Of a stretch of 64,000 bases of DNA, positions 10,074 to 20,107 are shown piece after piece. The notes below the pieces were generated by a model. The model was not told the origin of the DNA, did not search any database, and worked only from the letters and a program-made list of their open reading frames with translations. This DNA comes from a virus. Made by a program: the position numbers and the translations under genes. How positions within the stretch are numbered: the first letter of the stretch is position 1; each line of letters starts with the position of its first letter. Location: IMG/VR virus record IMGVR_UViG_3300045988_114753; one strand, 5' to 3'.

Positions 10074-11276
10074 ATGAAAAATAAATTAAAATTAAAGATA
10101 TTAAGATTTATTAATTCTAACCATAATTGGAGGGCTATTTTATCAGCCCCTCCATACAATTTAATGTTTAGAGATTTTGATGGTTATACTTTAATTAAAT
10201 ATAATCAATTATTCTCTGACTTTAAAGAACCGATGGTTAGAGAGGCAAGAGGATTTATAGTAAAAAAAGAAGGGCATAAATATGTACCTGTATGTGTCCC
10301 ATTTACTAAGTTCTTTTGTGTTGGAGACCCTAATGCACAGGATGCTTTATATAAGTTAGCACATCGCGATGAATGGTATGTGGAAGAAAAAATAGATGGC
10401 AGTTTAATTAAGTTGTGGTGGGATAATGACGAATGGCACATTTCTACTAGTGGCACAACAGATGCCGAAAAAGCAGCCGTTCAATTTGAAATGAATGATA
10501 TTGCTAATTACAAACAATTATTTATGTATGCGTCTAAAGATAAAATTGATTACGACAGATTAGATAAAAGATACACTTATATGTTTGAACTTATTGGATT
10601 AGAGAATAAGGTAATTGTTCCATATGAGAAAGAAGACGTTTATTATTTAGGACGTCGTGATAATTATACTTTATTAGAAATGCCATATTTTGATGACGAT
10701 TGTGCTGGTGTAGAGAAATGTAAACGCCCTAAATGTAAAATTGTAAAAGTAAATAAGAACCCTAAAAAAGTAATGAAAGAATTGCAAAAAGAGGTAAATA
10801 GTTTTACTAAAGAGCACGAACATTTTGAGGGATATGTAATTTCAGATAAGAGTTTGAAAACTAGAGTTAAAATGAAGTCAACTCAGTATATGGAATTGTT
10901 CTTTCAGAAGGGTAATGGTATTTTCTCCCCACGCAAAATATTATTAATGATATTAGACCAAAAAGACGATGATGTCTTATCATCATTTCCAGAGTATAGA
11001 CCTCAATTTGATGAAGTAAGAAGGGCTTTTTGTGTTTGGCTTGAAGCAGTTAAGAGCGATTTAAGATATATGGATGCTCGTAATTGGGATGACAGAAAGA
11101 AGTTTGCCGAATGGGCTAAAGGTACGACGTGTCCATCAATCGTTTTTAGTGCTTTCAATAATGAAGAAAGATTAGATGGGGATTGGTTAGAGAAACAAGT
11201 GAGAAGAATACAAATCTCAAACTTGGCTATTCAGATTGGAATTGAAGAAAGAAAGGAAGACAAAACAGATGTTTAA
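10074..11276 (+). CDS. ATP-dependent RNA ligase (KxDG nucleotidyltransferase, T4 Rnl1-like)
   Basis: Motif I VEEKIDGSL; upstream EARGFIV; size ~400 aa. Confidence 0.6.
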   Translation: MKNKLKLKILRFINSNHNWRAILSAPPYNLMFRDFDGYTLIKYNQLFSDFKEPMVREARGFIVKKEGHKYVPVCVPFTKFFCVGDPNAQDALYKLAHRDEWYVEEKIDGSLIKLWWDNDEWHISTSGTTDAEKAAVQFEMNDIANYKQLFMYASKDKIDYDRLDKRYTYMFELIGLENKVIVPYEKEDVYYLGRRDNYTLLEMPYFDDDCAGVEKCKRPKCKIVKVNKNPKKVMKELQKEVNSFTKEHEHFEGYVISDKSLKTRVKMKSTQYMELFFQKGNGIFSPRKILLMILDQKDDDVLSSFPEYRPQFDEVRRAFCVWLEAVKSDLRYMDARNWDDRKKFAEWAKGTTCPSIVFSAFNNEERLDGDWLEKQVRRIQISNLAIQIGIEERKEDKTDV

Positions 11277-11844
11277 AGATTATAAAAGGATGTTTATATT
11301 CGATACAGAAACAAGTGGTTTAAATCCTCAACCATTTGGTGAGATACTAGAACTTGGAGGAATATTACTTACTAAAGAAGAAGGAGAAGAACGATTTGCA
11401 TCTCGAGAAGATATAGATGTATTAGTTAAAAACAAATACCCTATTTTAAATAGTGATATTCACCATATAACAGCTGAAATGTGTCAGGGGGATGGAGTTA
11501 CTAAGGAAGAGTTGTTTGGGCTCCTAAAAGGCATTTTTGGGGATTATAGCGACACATTAATTGTAGCATATAATTCACCATTTGATATGAAGTTTGTAAG
11601 GGCGTTTATGGAAGAAATGTCACCAGGTTATAAAATTACGAACCCAGTATTAGATATGTTAGAAGTTGCTAGGGATAGAACTGGTTTATATAGAGGTAAT
11701 AAACTTTGTGATATGATTGTGAAATATGACGTTAAAGATGTACAAAATTCACATAGAGCCTTGGATGATTGTAACGCTTTATTAGGGGTTATGAGAGCAA
11801 TGTGGGTTGAAAAGTCAGACTTGGAAAATTATATTAGGAGGTAA
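11269..11844 (+). CDS. DEDDh 3'-5' exonuclease (DnaQ-like)
   Basis: ExoI FDTETSGL, ExoII YNSPFDMKF, ExoIII HRALDD. ATG 11269 with GAAAGGAAG RBS is preferred over the track TTG at 11236. Confidence 0.8.
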   Translation: MFKDYKRMFIFDTETSGLNPQPFGEILELGGILLTKEEGEERFASREDIDVLVKNKYPILNSDIHHITAEMCQGDGVTKEELFGLLKGIFGDYSDTLIVAYNSPFDMKFVRAFMEEMSPGYKITNPVLDMLEVARDRTGLYRGNKLCDMIVKYDVKDVQNSHRALDDCNALLGVMRAMWVEKSDLENYIRR

Positions 11845-11846
11845 TT

Positions 11847-12422
11847 ATGTCTAAACTTTATTTCAGATATGGAGCAATGGGAAGTGGTAAGACTTCTGCA
11901 TTGCTACAAGTTGCATATAACTACGAACAAAAAGGAATGCACATAGTATTAATCAAACCACAAATAGACACCAAAGGAGATAATAAGGTTGTTAGTAGGA
12001 TTGGGTTAGATAGAGACGTAGATATTTTATTAGGAGCAGACGATAAAATATTACAAAAGATGCAGCCTATAAAACCTGATGCTATAATTGTTGATGAGGC
12101 TCAATTCTTAACACCTAAACAAGTTGATGAATTGTATAACATTACAAAAGAATACGACGTCCCTGTTTTATGTTATGGGTTGCGAGCAGACTTTAGAATG
12201 CAAGGTTTTCCTGGTTCCACAAGATTATTGCAAATAGCAGATGATATAGAAGAATTAAAAACTATTTGTAAATGTGGAGCTAAAGCAACTCAAAATCTGC
12301 GAATACAAGATGATATACCAGTATTTGATGGGCAACAAGTTATAATAGATGGAGCCACTTCAGCAAGATATGAAGGTGTCTGTGGGAAATGCTATCTCAA
12401 ATTAAAAAGGGGTAAAAGATAA
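11847..12422 (+). CDS. tdk: thymidine kinase
   Basis: P-loop GAMGSGKTS, VDEAQF, C-terminal CKCG...CGKCY zinc site. Confidence 0.9.
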   Translation: MSKLYFRYGAMGSGKTSALLQVAYNYEQKGMHIVLIKPQIDTKGDNKVVSRIGLDRDVDILLGADDKILQKMQPIKPDAIIVDEAQFLTPKQVDELYNITKEYDVPVLCYGLRADFRMQGFPGSTRLLQIADDIEELKTICKCGAKATQNLRIQDDIPVFDGQQVIIDGATSARYEGVCGKCYLKLKRGKR

Positions 12423-12718
12423 TGAGGGAATACAAGGAGTTAATAAAAAGATTAAAAGAGCAGGGGTTTATAGATAGTGAAGATGAATTTTATGTCTATA
12501 TTGAAAATAGGTCTTTAGATGGCGAGGAATGTTTAAAAGGTACGCAATCCCAAGATGGTAAGTGGTTATGCATACCAATTAAACGTTATGACGATTTTAC
12601 TGATGCAGTATATTATGAACCACGATGTTTTGAAATTCACACTCGTTTTCAGACATATTTAAAAAATGATGATATGTACTATTTAGTTACAGCATATCTA
12701 TTATATAAGGAGGAATAA
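12422..12718 (+). CDS. hypothetical protein
   Basis: Track ORF; start overlaps the tdk stop (ATAATG). Confidence 0.6.
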   Translation: MREYKELIKRLKEQGFIDSEDEFYVYIENRSLDGEECLKGTQSQDGKWLCIPIKRYDDFTDAVYYEPRCFEIHTRFQTYLKNDDMYYLVTAYLLYKEE

Positions 12719-12721
12719 ACA

Positions 12722-13360
12722 ATGGAAAAATATAATACTTCAGCAAAAATAACATATTTTAATGTAGATTGGCTTCGTATCAAATCTGCTTGTATGACAA
12801 CAATTAGTAAACAGGCAAAGCAAATGCCTGGCAAAGAATGGAGAAGAAAACTTTTAATTTGTGAACATTCTCCAATTAGAAGAAGCGAAATAAGCTGGAA
12901 ATGGGATGCCATCCCATATGCTATTAGCACTCATTTTGCTAGACACCACGAAGGATGTGAAAAGTTTGTAGGAACTGAAAGAACAGACCGTACTGGCGTT
13001 AACAGGGAAGAAAGAAGCCAAATGAACCCAGTGCCAATGGAAATGGACGCCAATATTCAAGCACTTATTAATATTAGTGCAAAAAGATTATGCACTTGTG
13101 CAGACCCTACCACTAAAAAATATTGGGAGTCTGTATTAGAGGCAATAAGAGAATATGATGAAGATGTTTTCTGGGCGTGTGTGCCTCAATGTATTCGTTG
13201 TGGAGCGTGTGTAGAACCATTTAGTGATTGTAGATTTTATGAAAACTTTTCTAAAAACTTAACGCCAGAACAACAAACTGACATTATGGCTAGATATGAC
13301 GCATATAACAAGTATCGTGATAAAGTATTATCTTTAAAAAAGGGGAATAAGAGTAAATAA
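12722..13360 (+). CDS. ThyX-like protein (divergent flavin-dependent thymidylate synthase family)
   Basis: EHSPIRRSEISWKW...STHFARHHEG parallels the ThyX HxSxxE...F.I...SR....RHR layout. The canonical RHRxxSxxxxSxRY motif is not intact. Confidence 0.45.
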   Translation: MEKYNTSAKITYFNVDWLRIKSACMTTISKQAKQMPGKEWRRKLLICEHSPIRRSEISWKWDAIPYAISTHFARHHEGCEKFVGTERTDRTGVNREERSQMNPVPMEMDANIQALINISAKRLCTCADPTTKKYWESVLEAIREYDEDVFWACVPQCIRCGACVEPFSDCRFYENFSKNLTPEQQTDIMARYDAYNKYRDKVLSLKKGNKSK

Positions 13361-13371
13361 GGAGTAATATT

Positions 13372-14328
13372 ATGACTGATAAAGAAAAGAAAGAACATAT
13401 AAAAAGTCGTTTAAAGGCACATTATAAGTATATTGAGTCTTTAGGCTATGAGATAGTAGGAGTGTTTTTACAAGGTAGTCAGAATTATAACTTGGATATT
13501 TATGAAAGCGATTATATGTCTGATGTAGATACTAAGTGCTTGGTAATTCCAAAACTAGACAATCTTATAAAAGGTTCTGCTATGGTATCAACTAAATACG
13601 ATTTTGAAGGAGAACAAATCGATGTAAAAGATGTAAGAGTAATGATGGAGATGTGGAAAAAGCAAAACCAATCTTATATAGAAATACTATTTACTAAATA
13701 TAAATTGATTAATCCTAAATACAAGTCGTATGTCAATGAAATTATTGCTATGCGAGATGATATAACTCAAATGAATACACCACAGTTAGCACGTTGTATC
13801 AGTGGTATGAGCAAAGAAAAAGTTTGTGCTTTAGAACACGAATATTCAGCAACAATAGAAAAAATTAAGAAATTTGGTTATGACCCTAAACAATTGGCTA
13901 GTATAATCAGATTAACACATTTGATAGAAAATCTATTTGAGAAAAATAAAAAGTTTGAAGATGCCATTATATATCACAATGGTGAACTTAGAAACTATAT
14001 GATAGATGTTAAAAAAGGCAAAATAGAATTAGAAGAAGCCAGAAAATTGGCTGAACTATATGATACTAAAACTAACGCAATAAAGGATGATGTTGTAGAA
14101 CAATATGGCAAAGATAATTTTAATTCAGAAATATGTGAGAAGTTAGAAACAGCTATCTACAAACTTGTTAGATTTGGCATTATTAGTGGTGTAATAGAAG
14201 CACGACAAAACGCTTTTAAAGAATTATGTGATATGATGGTTTCAAGTGATTGCGATGATGCCGCAGATAAAGTTATAAAAGAATTATCAGTGGAACACAA
14301 GGAGAATTTCTTAGATTATTATAAATAG
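13372..14328 (+). CDS. Pol-beta superfamily nucleotidyltransferase (RNA-ligase-associated RlaP-like?)
   Basis: hG[GS]x9-13DhD pattern in FLQGSQNYNLDIYESDYMSDVDTK. Confidence 0.5.
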   Translation: MTDKEKKEHIKSRLKAHYKYIESLGYEIVGVFLQGSQNYNLDIYESDYMSDVDTKCLVIPKLDNLIKGSAMVSTKYDFEGEQIDVKDVRVMMEMWKKQNQSYIEILFTKYKLINPKYKSYVNEIIAMRDDITQMNTPQLARCISGMSKEKVCALEHEYSATIEKIKKFGYDPKQLASIIRLTHLIENLFEKNKKFEDAIIYHNGELRNYMIDVKKGKIELEEARKLAELYDTKTNAIKDDVVEQYGKDNFNSEICEKLETAIYKLVRFGIISGVIEARQNAFKELCDMMVSSDCDDAADKVIKELSVEHKENFLDYYK

Positions 14329-14339
14329 GAGGTTCTTTT

Positions 14340-14756
14340 ATGAGAGAAATTACTAGAGAAATGATTAAAGAGTACAGATTAATGAAGTTGGGTTATGATT
14401 TTATGGGCTATGAAATTAAAAACAAACAAGATTTAAGTTTTCATCATTTAATAGTCCCTAGAAGAAATTGTAAGGCTTTAGGTCTTGGAGAAGGCTATTT
14501 AAAATGGAATGGCTCTATTCTTAATCAAAATACGTCGCACGATTACTTACATTTGATTGAGGCAAAAGACTTAGATATGTTTATGGCTATTACTAGCGAA
14601 ATGATAGACCAAAATATCAAAGGTTGTCTTGATATAGAGAATTTGAGAAGAATAAGAGATATATTAGAGTGCTTTGAAAGAGAGCATTCGTCAGATAGAG
14701 GTAAAAAGGGTAGGTTATTAATAAAGGACGACTATGTGAGACGTAGAAAGTTTTAG
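14340..14756 (+). CDS. hypothetical protein (possible degenerate HNH fold)
   Basis: SFHHLIVPRRNC...WNGSILNQNTSHDYLH has H-N-H spacing. Weak. Confidence 0.5.
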   Translation: MREITREMIKEYRLMKLGYDFMGYEIKNKQDLSFHHLIVPRRNCKALGLGEGYLKWNGSILNQNTSHDYLHLIEAKDLDMFMAITSEMIDQNIKGCLDIENLRRIRDILECFEREHSSDRGKKGRLLIKDDYVRRRKF

Positions 14757-14776
14757 TAAGTAAGGAGGAATTGACT

Positions 14777-15595
14777 ATGAAGAAAAAAATATTTGCAGTA
14801 TCGGATATTCACGGCGAATATGAAATATTAATTAAAGGATTAAAAGAGGCTGGTTTTGATGAAGACAATCCAGAGCATTTATTGGTTAGTGTCGGAGATG
14901 CTTTTGACCGTGGAGGAAATGCTTTGGCAGTATATGAATATTTAAAAAGATTATCTGATAAAGGAAGTGCAGTTGTACTAAAAGGTAATCATACTGGTTT
15001 CTTTACAGGATATTTAGATGGTACAATCTTATCGCCATTTAACTATTATAATAACGGGACAAACGAAACTATGGCTGACTTTTTACACGAAACAGCCCCA
15101 TTTGAGATGTATTGTGTATTAAGAGAAATAGACCAGCCAACCTATGGCGATTTTGCAGACTGGGTTAGTAGAGCTAGACAAGAAATAAATGGAGAGTTCC
15201 CAGAGTTATTAGAGTGGCTAAATACAAGACCATATTATTTAGAAACAGAGAACTATATATTTACTCACGGGGCAATAGATACAAATGCAAAAGATTGGCA
15301 TAAGCCACATTGTGAAAGATACCATTTTACAGATTGGGACGCCTTAATGTGGGATGATGGAAGTTTTTTTGAAAAAGAGATAAATAATACACATAAGACT
15401 GTCGTAATTGGTCATTTTGGGACAGCTACTTTAAGAAAAATGTATGGCTATTCACCAAATAGAAACCTAAAAGGAAGTTTTGACATATTAAAAAGAAAGG
15501 ATGGACGAGTTATTGCAATAGACGCAACAACCAATCTCTCTAAAAAAATTAATGTGTTAGTATTAGAAGATGAAGAAGTTATAGATAACATATAA
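14777..15595 (+). CDS. calcineurin-like metallophosphoesterase
   Basis: VSDIHGEY, GDAFDRGG and GNHT motifs. ATG 14777 lies 7 nt after AAGGAGGAA. Confidence 0.8.
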   Translation: MKKKIFAVSDIHGEYEILIKGLKEAGFDEDNPEHLLVSVGDAFDRGGNALAVYEYLKRLSDKGSAVVLKGNHTGFFTGYLDGTILSPFNYYNNGTNETMADFLHETAPFEMYCVLREIDQPTYGDFADWVSRARQEINGEFPELLEWLNTRPYYLETENYIFTHGAIDTNAKDWHKPHCERYHFTDWDALMWDDGSFFEKEINNTHKTVVIGHFGTATLRKMYGYSPNRNLKGSFDILKRKDGRVIAIDATTNLSKKINVLVLEDEEVIDNI

Positions 15596-15632
15596 TCTTT
15601 TCACTACAACAATAAAGAAGGAGGGAATATTT

Positions 15633-17573
15633 ATGAAAAACGATACAAAAAAGAAAATAATGGAAGTCTTAAATTGTTCAAATGTGCAAAATTCCAATGC
15701 TAATGTGGATGAATACTCATTTGGTGGCAGAAAGTTTGAAGCCGCTGGTATCTTATTAAAAGAAGTTGCCAGAGATGAATTTATTGAACCAGATGTATGG
15801 GAAGCATTTCAAGATAACCGTATTTATATTCACGATATGGATAACTATGCAACAGGTATGCATAATTGTTTATTTATAGATTTTGCAAAGCTATTTAAAG
15901 ATGGTTTTACAACTAGAAACGGCGACGTAAGACCACCTAGAAGTATTAGTACAGCAATGCAACAAGTAGCAGTAATATTTCAATGCCAAAGTCAAGTTCA
16001 ATTTGGTGGTGTAGCAAGTGCTCATATTGATTTTGATTTAGCACCATTTGTTGCGATGTCTTTTAAAAAGCATTTTAAAGATGGTTTGAAATATGTTTAT
16101 GAAGAGCCATTAAATTGCTATATACCACCAGAAGAAGAATGGCGTGTTGGAAATAAAGAATTACAAGAAAAATATTCAAAGGCATACAATTATGCTATTG
16201 ATATGTTAGAAAGAGAAGGTATGCAAGCTGCTCAAGGTTTATATCACAACTTAAATACTTTAGAAAGTAGAGCAGGTAGTCAATTACCATTTACATCTAT
16301 CAATTTTGGTAGAGATACTAGTGAAGAAGGTAGAATGGTCAGTAGATGGCTATTAATGGCTAGTTTAGATGGTATTGGCAAATTTCATAGAACCAGTATA
16401 TTCCCTATTGCTATATTTCAACATAAAAAAGGTATTAATGCAAATCCAGGAGACCCTAATTATGATTTGAAACAACTAGCAATAAAATCATTATGTAAGA
16501 GAATTTATCCTAACTTTGTAAACTGTGACTTTAGTGGTAATGTTGAAGACCCAGAAAATCCTGATACTTACAATTGCACAATGGGTTGTAGAACTGCTAT
16601 GTCATACGATAGACACGGTTTTGGTTATTCAAAGGTTGGACGTGGTAATGTAAGCCCCGTTACTATCAATTTACCAAAGATTGGTTTAAAACACGGAATT
16701 GCTTTAGGAACACGTAAAACAGCCGACATAAATGGCTTTTGGAAGGAACTAGATGAGGTATTAGCCATTGTGGAAAAAGCCTTAGTATCACGTTACAATC
16801 ATATTTGTAATCAAAATCCAAAAGCTGCCCCATTTATGTATAAAAATGAAACTATCAGAGGTTTTGATGGTGAAAACATTGCTAGTGCTATGAGACACGG
16901 CTCTCAAGCAGTTGGCGTACTTGGTATTGCAGAAATGTGTCAAGCGTTATTTGGTAAGAACCATTTAGACCCAGAAGTACATCAATTTGTAACAAAACTA
17001 GTACAACATATTAGTGGCTTTTGCAAAGAAGCATCTGAAAGAAACGATTTAAACTTTGGTGTTTATTATACTCCAGCCGAAAGTTGTTGCTATACTATAT
17101 GTAAAAGAACACGTGATGAATTTGGAGAAATTCCTAATATTACAGATAAAGAGTTCTTTACCAATAGTATTCACGTTCCTGTGTGGGAAGAAGTCGACGT
17201 CTTTAAGAAAATTGATATAGAGGCTCCTTTATGCAAATACGGAACTAGTGGTTGTATTACTTATACTGAATTTGAAAGTAAGATTATGGATAATCCTGAA
17301 GCCGTAGAACAAATTATTAACTACGCAATGGATAATGATGTGCCTTATTTTGCAATCAACTTCCCTATTGATACTTGTTTAGGTTGTGGTTATAGTGATG
17401 ACATAGCTGACGAATGTCCAATTTGCCATAGTACAAATATCGAACATTTGGCTCGTGTAACAGGCTATTTAACTACAGATGTATCTCATTTTAATAAAGG
17501 AAAACAAGAAGAAGTAAAATATAGATATAAACACACTAAAAAGACTTTTGGTGATGAAAATGACAAATATTAA
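15633..17573 (+). CDS. nrdD: anaerobic ribonucleoside-triphosphate reductase
   Basis: C-terminal zinc site CLGCGY...CPICHS and glycyl-radical motif ARVTGYL. Confidence 0.9.
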   Translation: MKNDTKKKIMEVLNCSNVQNSNANVDEYSFGGRKFEAAGILLKEVARDEFIEPDVWEAFQDNRIYIHDMDNYATGMHNCLFIDFAKLFKDGFTTRNGDVRPPRSISTAMQQVAVIFQCQSQVQFGGVASAHIDFDLAPFVAMSFKKHFKDGLKYVYEEPLNCYIPPEEEWRVGNKELQEKYSKAYNYAIDMLEREGMQAAQGLYHNLNTLESRAGSQLPFTSINFGRDTSEEGRMVSRWLLMASLDGIGKFHRTSIFPIAIFQHKKGINANPGDPNYDLKQLAIKSLCKRIYPNFVNCDFSGNVEDPENPDTYNCTMGCRTAMSYDRHGFGYSKVGRGNVSPVTINLPKIGLKHGIALGTRKTADINGFWKELDEVLAIVEKALVSRYNHICNQNPKAAPFMYKNETIRGFDGENIASAMRHGSQAVGVLGIAEMCQALFGKNHLDPEVHQFVTKLVQHISGFCKEASERNDLNFGVYYTPAESCCYTICKRTRDEFGEIPNITDKEFFTNSIHVPVWEEVDVFKKIDIEAPLCKYGTSGCITYTEFESKIMDNPEAVEQIINYAMDNDVPYFAINFPIDTCLGCGYSDDIADECPICHSTNIEHLARVTGYLTTDVSHFNKGKQEEVKYRYKHTKKTFGDENDKY

Positions 17574-18060
17574 AATTATGGGTATTGCTCATAATAGTGT
17601 CGTTGATGGTGTAGGCATTCGTGATGTAATATTTACAGCAGGATGCCCTCATCATTGCTATGGTTGTCATAATCCCGAAACGTGGAATATTAATAATGGC
17701 AAAGATTATACTATACAAGATATTATTAAAGAACTAAATACTCATTGTAATTTAACACTAAGTGGTGGAGAGCCATTCATACAAGCGAAACAATTAACAG
17801 AATTGATATTAGAATACAAAAAGATTAAACCAGAGCTTAATGTGTGGGTATATAGTGGCTATACTTATGAAGAAATAGTTCAAGACCCTATTAAATTAGA
17901 ATTGCTAAGACAATGCAATGTACTGGTAGATGGTCATTTTGAATTAGATAAGAAAATTAGAGGTCTTAAATTTAGAGGTTCTGCGAACCAAAGAATTATA
18001 GATATACAAGCCAGTTTAAAGGCTGGTAATGCTCGATTTTCACCAGAAAATATCGTATAA
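17560..18060 (+). CDS. nrdG: anaerobic RNR activating radical-SAM enzyme
   Basis: SVVDGVGIR; CxxxCxxC cluster GCPHHCYGCHN; GGEP. The start is ambiguous (17548, 17554 or 17560). Confidence 0.85.
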   Translation: MTNIKIMGIAHNSVVDGVGIRDVIFTAGCPHHCYGCHNPETWNINNGKDYTIQDIIKELNTHCNLTLSGGEPFIQAKQLTELILEYKKIKPELNVWVYSGYTYEEIVQDPIKLELLRQCNVLVDGHFELDKKIRGLKFRGSANQRIIDIQASLKAGNARFSPENIV

Positions 18061-18155
18061 TGATATTTAGAGGTGAAAATAAGGCATATTTGCTCCAGTA
18101 AATGCACATTTTAGTGCACTATATGGAGAAAATAAAGTAAGAAAGGAAGAGAATT

Positions 18156-18521
18156 ATGAAAGAAAAAATCACAGAAGAATATGAAAAATTTGAAAATATT
18201 ATGAAGGGAATAGATAATCACCTATGTGCCTTGATACTAACTGATATTATGGCATCATTAACTACTGTTTATAAAGATGATAAAGGAGAAATCAATAAAG
18301 ACTATACAGAATTTGACAATATGGTCAAAAACATTAAAGAATTATTGAATAGTGTTGATACAATTCCCACAATTGACTTGATTAGAGCAACACAAGAAAA
18401 TCTTGATAGTATTAAAAGAGTAACAGACGAATGCAAATATTCTATGAGAACATTGTCTTGGATAAAAAATGATTTATTAGAAGAAGAAGATGTTAAAAAA
18501 GGAGGAAAAAAGGATGCGTAA
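18156..18521 (+). CDS. hypothetical protein
   Basis: GAAAGGAAGAG RBS; track ORF. Confidence 0.6.
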   Translation: MKEKITEEYEKFENIMKGIDNHLCALILTDIMASLTTVYKDDKGEINKDYTEFDNMVKNIKELLNSVDTIPTIDLIRATQENLDSIKRVTDECKYSMRTLSWIKNDLLEEEDVKKGGKKDA

Positions 18522-18990
18522 ATTTGAAAGAGTTAGCGATAAAGAATGGAATAAGACTATAGGAACTGTTTGGGCTACAATATATGACGGTATTTTACCA
18601 AAACGTAGCACAAAAAAGTCTGCTGGGTACGACATTTATAGCCCTATTGATGTAACAGTCCCTTCTCACGGAATGGTTAAAATTCCTACTGGTATTAAAG
18701 TTATGATGGAAGATGATGAAATACTATCAATTTATCCTAGAAGTAGTATAGGATTTAAGACTGGTATCCGACTAGCCAATACTGTTGGTATAGTAGATGC
18801 TGACTATTATGGCAATCCTGACAACGAAGGACATATATTTATTAAATTATACAACCCAACAGACACTGCTTATGAAATAGAGGCTGGAGATAAAATTGCT
18901 CAAGGTATTTTTACTAAATATTTGATTGTAGATGACGAAGAAGAAATCGAAACAGAACGTTCTGGTGGCTTAGGTAGCACAGGAAAGTAA
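18514..18990 (+). CDS. dut: dUTP diphosphatase (trimeric dUTPase)
   Basis: AGYDI, PRSS, GIVDADYYG and GGLGSTG motifs. ATG 18514 after AGGAGG. Confidence 0.9.
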   Translation: MRKFERVSDKEWNKTIGTVWATIYDGILPKRSTKKSAGYDIYSPIDVTVPSHGMVKIPTGIKVMMEDDEILSIYPRSSIGFKTGIRLANTVGIVDADYYGNPDNEGHIFIKLYNPTDTAYEIEAGDKIAQGIFTKYLIVDDEEEIETERSGGLGSTGK

Positions 18991-18998
18991 ATTCTATA

Positions 18999-19027
18999 TT
19001 GACAACCTCACTTGTTTTTGATATAAT
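18999..19027 (+). promoter_or_regulatory. sigma-A consensus promoter
   Basis: TTGACA, 17 nt, TATAAT (18999-19004 and 19022-19027). Confidence 0.6.
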
Positions 19028-19055
19028 CTAATTAATTACAAGAAGGAGGAAAATA

Positions 19056-19370
19056 ATGGAGACAATAAAAAGTATCTTAGTTATTATACTTTTATCTCTA
19101 ATGATTATCTTTGTGATTAGTATTATTGTAGACAGTATTCGTACTGAATTACGTAATAAAAAATTAGATAAGAAATTAGAAATCGCTTTTGATGAGTTCA
19201 TAAAGAAAATAGAAAAAGCTAAAGTAGAAGTAAAAGAAACTAAGACAGAACCAACTACTGATTATTCGTCTGAAAACATATTAACCCTTAAAAAGATGGC
19301 TAAAGAAAAAGGCATTAAAGGCTACTATAATATGAAAAAAGATGAACTAGTAAAAGTTCTAAGTAAATAG
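19056..19370 (+). CDS. membrane-anchored protein with Rho-N/SAP-like C-terminal motif
   Basis: N-terminal TM helix ILVIILLSLMIIFVISIIV. C-terminal LTLKKMAKEKGIKGYYNMKKDELVKVL. Confidence 0.6.
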   Translation: METIKSILVIILLSLMIIFVISIIVDSIRTELRNKKLDKKLEIAFDEFIKKIEKAKVEVKETKTEPTTDYSSENILTLKKMAKEKGIKGYYNMKKDELVKVLSK

Positions 19371-19394
19371 AGGATGATAAATCCTCTTTTTTTT
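19370..19394 (+). terminator. rho-independent terminator
   Basis: GAGGAT-gataa-ATCCTC followed by T8. Confidence 0.65.
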
Positions 19395-19405
19395 ACGTTT
19401 TTACA

Positions 19406-19434
19406 TTGACTTCACACCACAAATATGATATAAT
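19406..19434 (+). promoter_or_regulatory. sigma-A-like promoter (extended -10)
   Basis: TTGACT, 17 nt, TGaTATAAT. Confidence 0.6.
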
Positions 19435-19460
19435 TATACTAATAATAAGGAGGATGAAGA

Positions 19461-19736
19461 ATGAGTAAGGAAGACCTTTTAAAGGCGATGTTAGAACTAA
19501 CAAATACAGAAACACACAACGCAGTGAGTACATATGGTAGTGTGAATGTAGACGATTTAATGGCTGCATACGATAGGTTAAATAAAGTTCCCACTTATGA
19601 TGACCTATTAAGAGAAAACAAAAGACAGAAAGAAATAATTGATATGTTCTTAGATAAAGTAGACCGAAACAAAATGCTATTAAATAATCCAGACATTTTA
19701 GACGTGTACTTAAAAATCAAAGGCTTATCAGATTAA
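19461..19736 (+). CDS. hypothetical protein
   Basis: AAGGAGGA RBS; track ORF. Confidence 0.65.
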   Translation: MSKEDLLKAMLELTNTETHNAVSTYGSVNVDDLMAAYDRLNKVPTYDDLLRENKRQKEIIDMFLDKVDRNKMLLNNPDILDVYLKIKGLSD

Positions 19737-19750
19737 AGGAGGAGATAGAA

Positions 19751-20107
19751 ATGTCTTTACGTATTATAATAAGAAATATAAAACATTGGTTTCAAAGAAG
19801 AACCAGAGGCTGGTCTGACGATGAGACTTGGAATTTGAATTATGAGTTTATTTTATGGTTAAACTCCAGATTTAAGAAGTACAGAGAACAAGCTATAAAA
19901 ATGGTAGACCTAGAATATTACAGATTTGAATATAAAGATAATGTATATACTCAATTACAAGTTATAGATAGAATTATAGAGTTGACAGATTATATAATAA
20001 ACAATGACTATTACGAAATGATGTGGTCTGATGTTGAACATTTAGAAGCAATGAAGAATGAAATATTTGACTTATTTAAAATGTCATTTGGTGCTATGTG
20101 GTGGTAA
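19751..20107 (+). CDS. hypothetical protein
   Basis: AAGGAGGAG RBS; track ORF. Confidence 0.65.
   Translation: MSLRIIIRNIKHWFQRRTRGWSDDETWNLNYEFILWLNSRFKKYREQAIKMVDLEYYRFEYKDNVYTQLQVIDRIIELTDYIINNDYYEMMWSDVEHLEAMKNEIFDLFKMSFGAMWW

Noticed and set aside
1791-17718. Antisense ORFs within the + strand module (1791-2051, 2494-2706, 4238-4603, 5233-5427, 10205-10456, 12679-12930, 12854-13060, 17536-17718).
   Set aside because: They lie entirely inside well-supported genes on the opposite strand, have no RBS, and show low-complexity translations.
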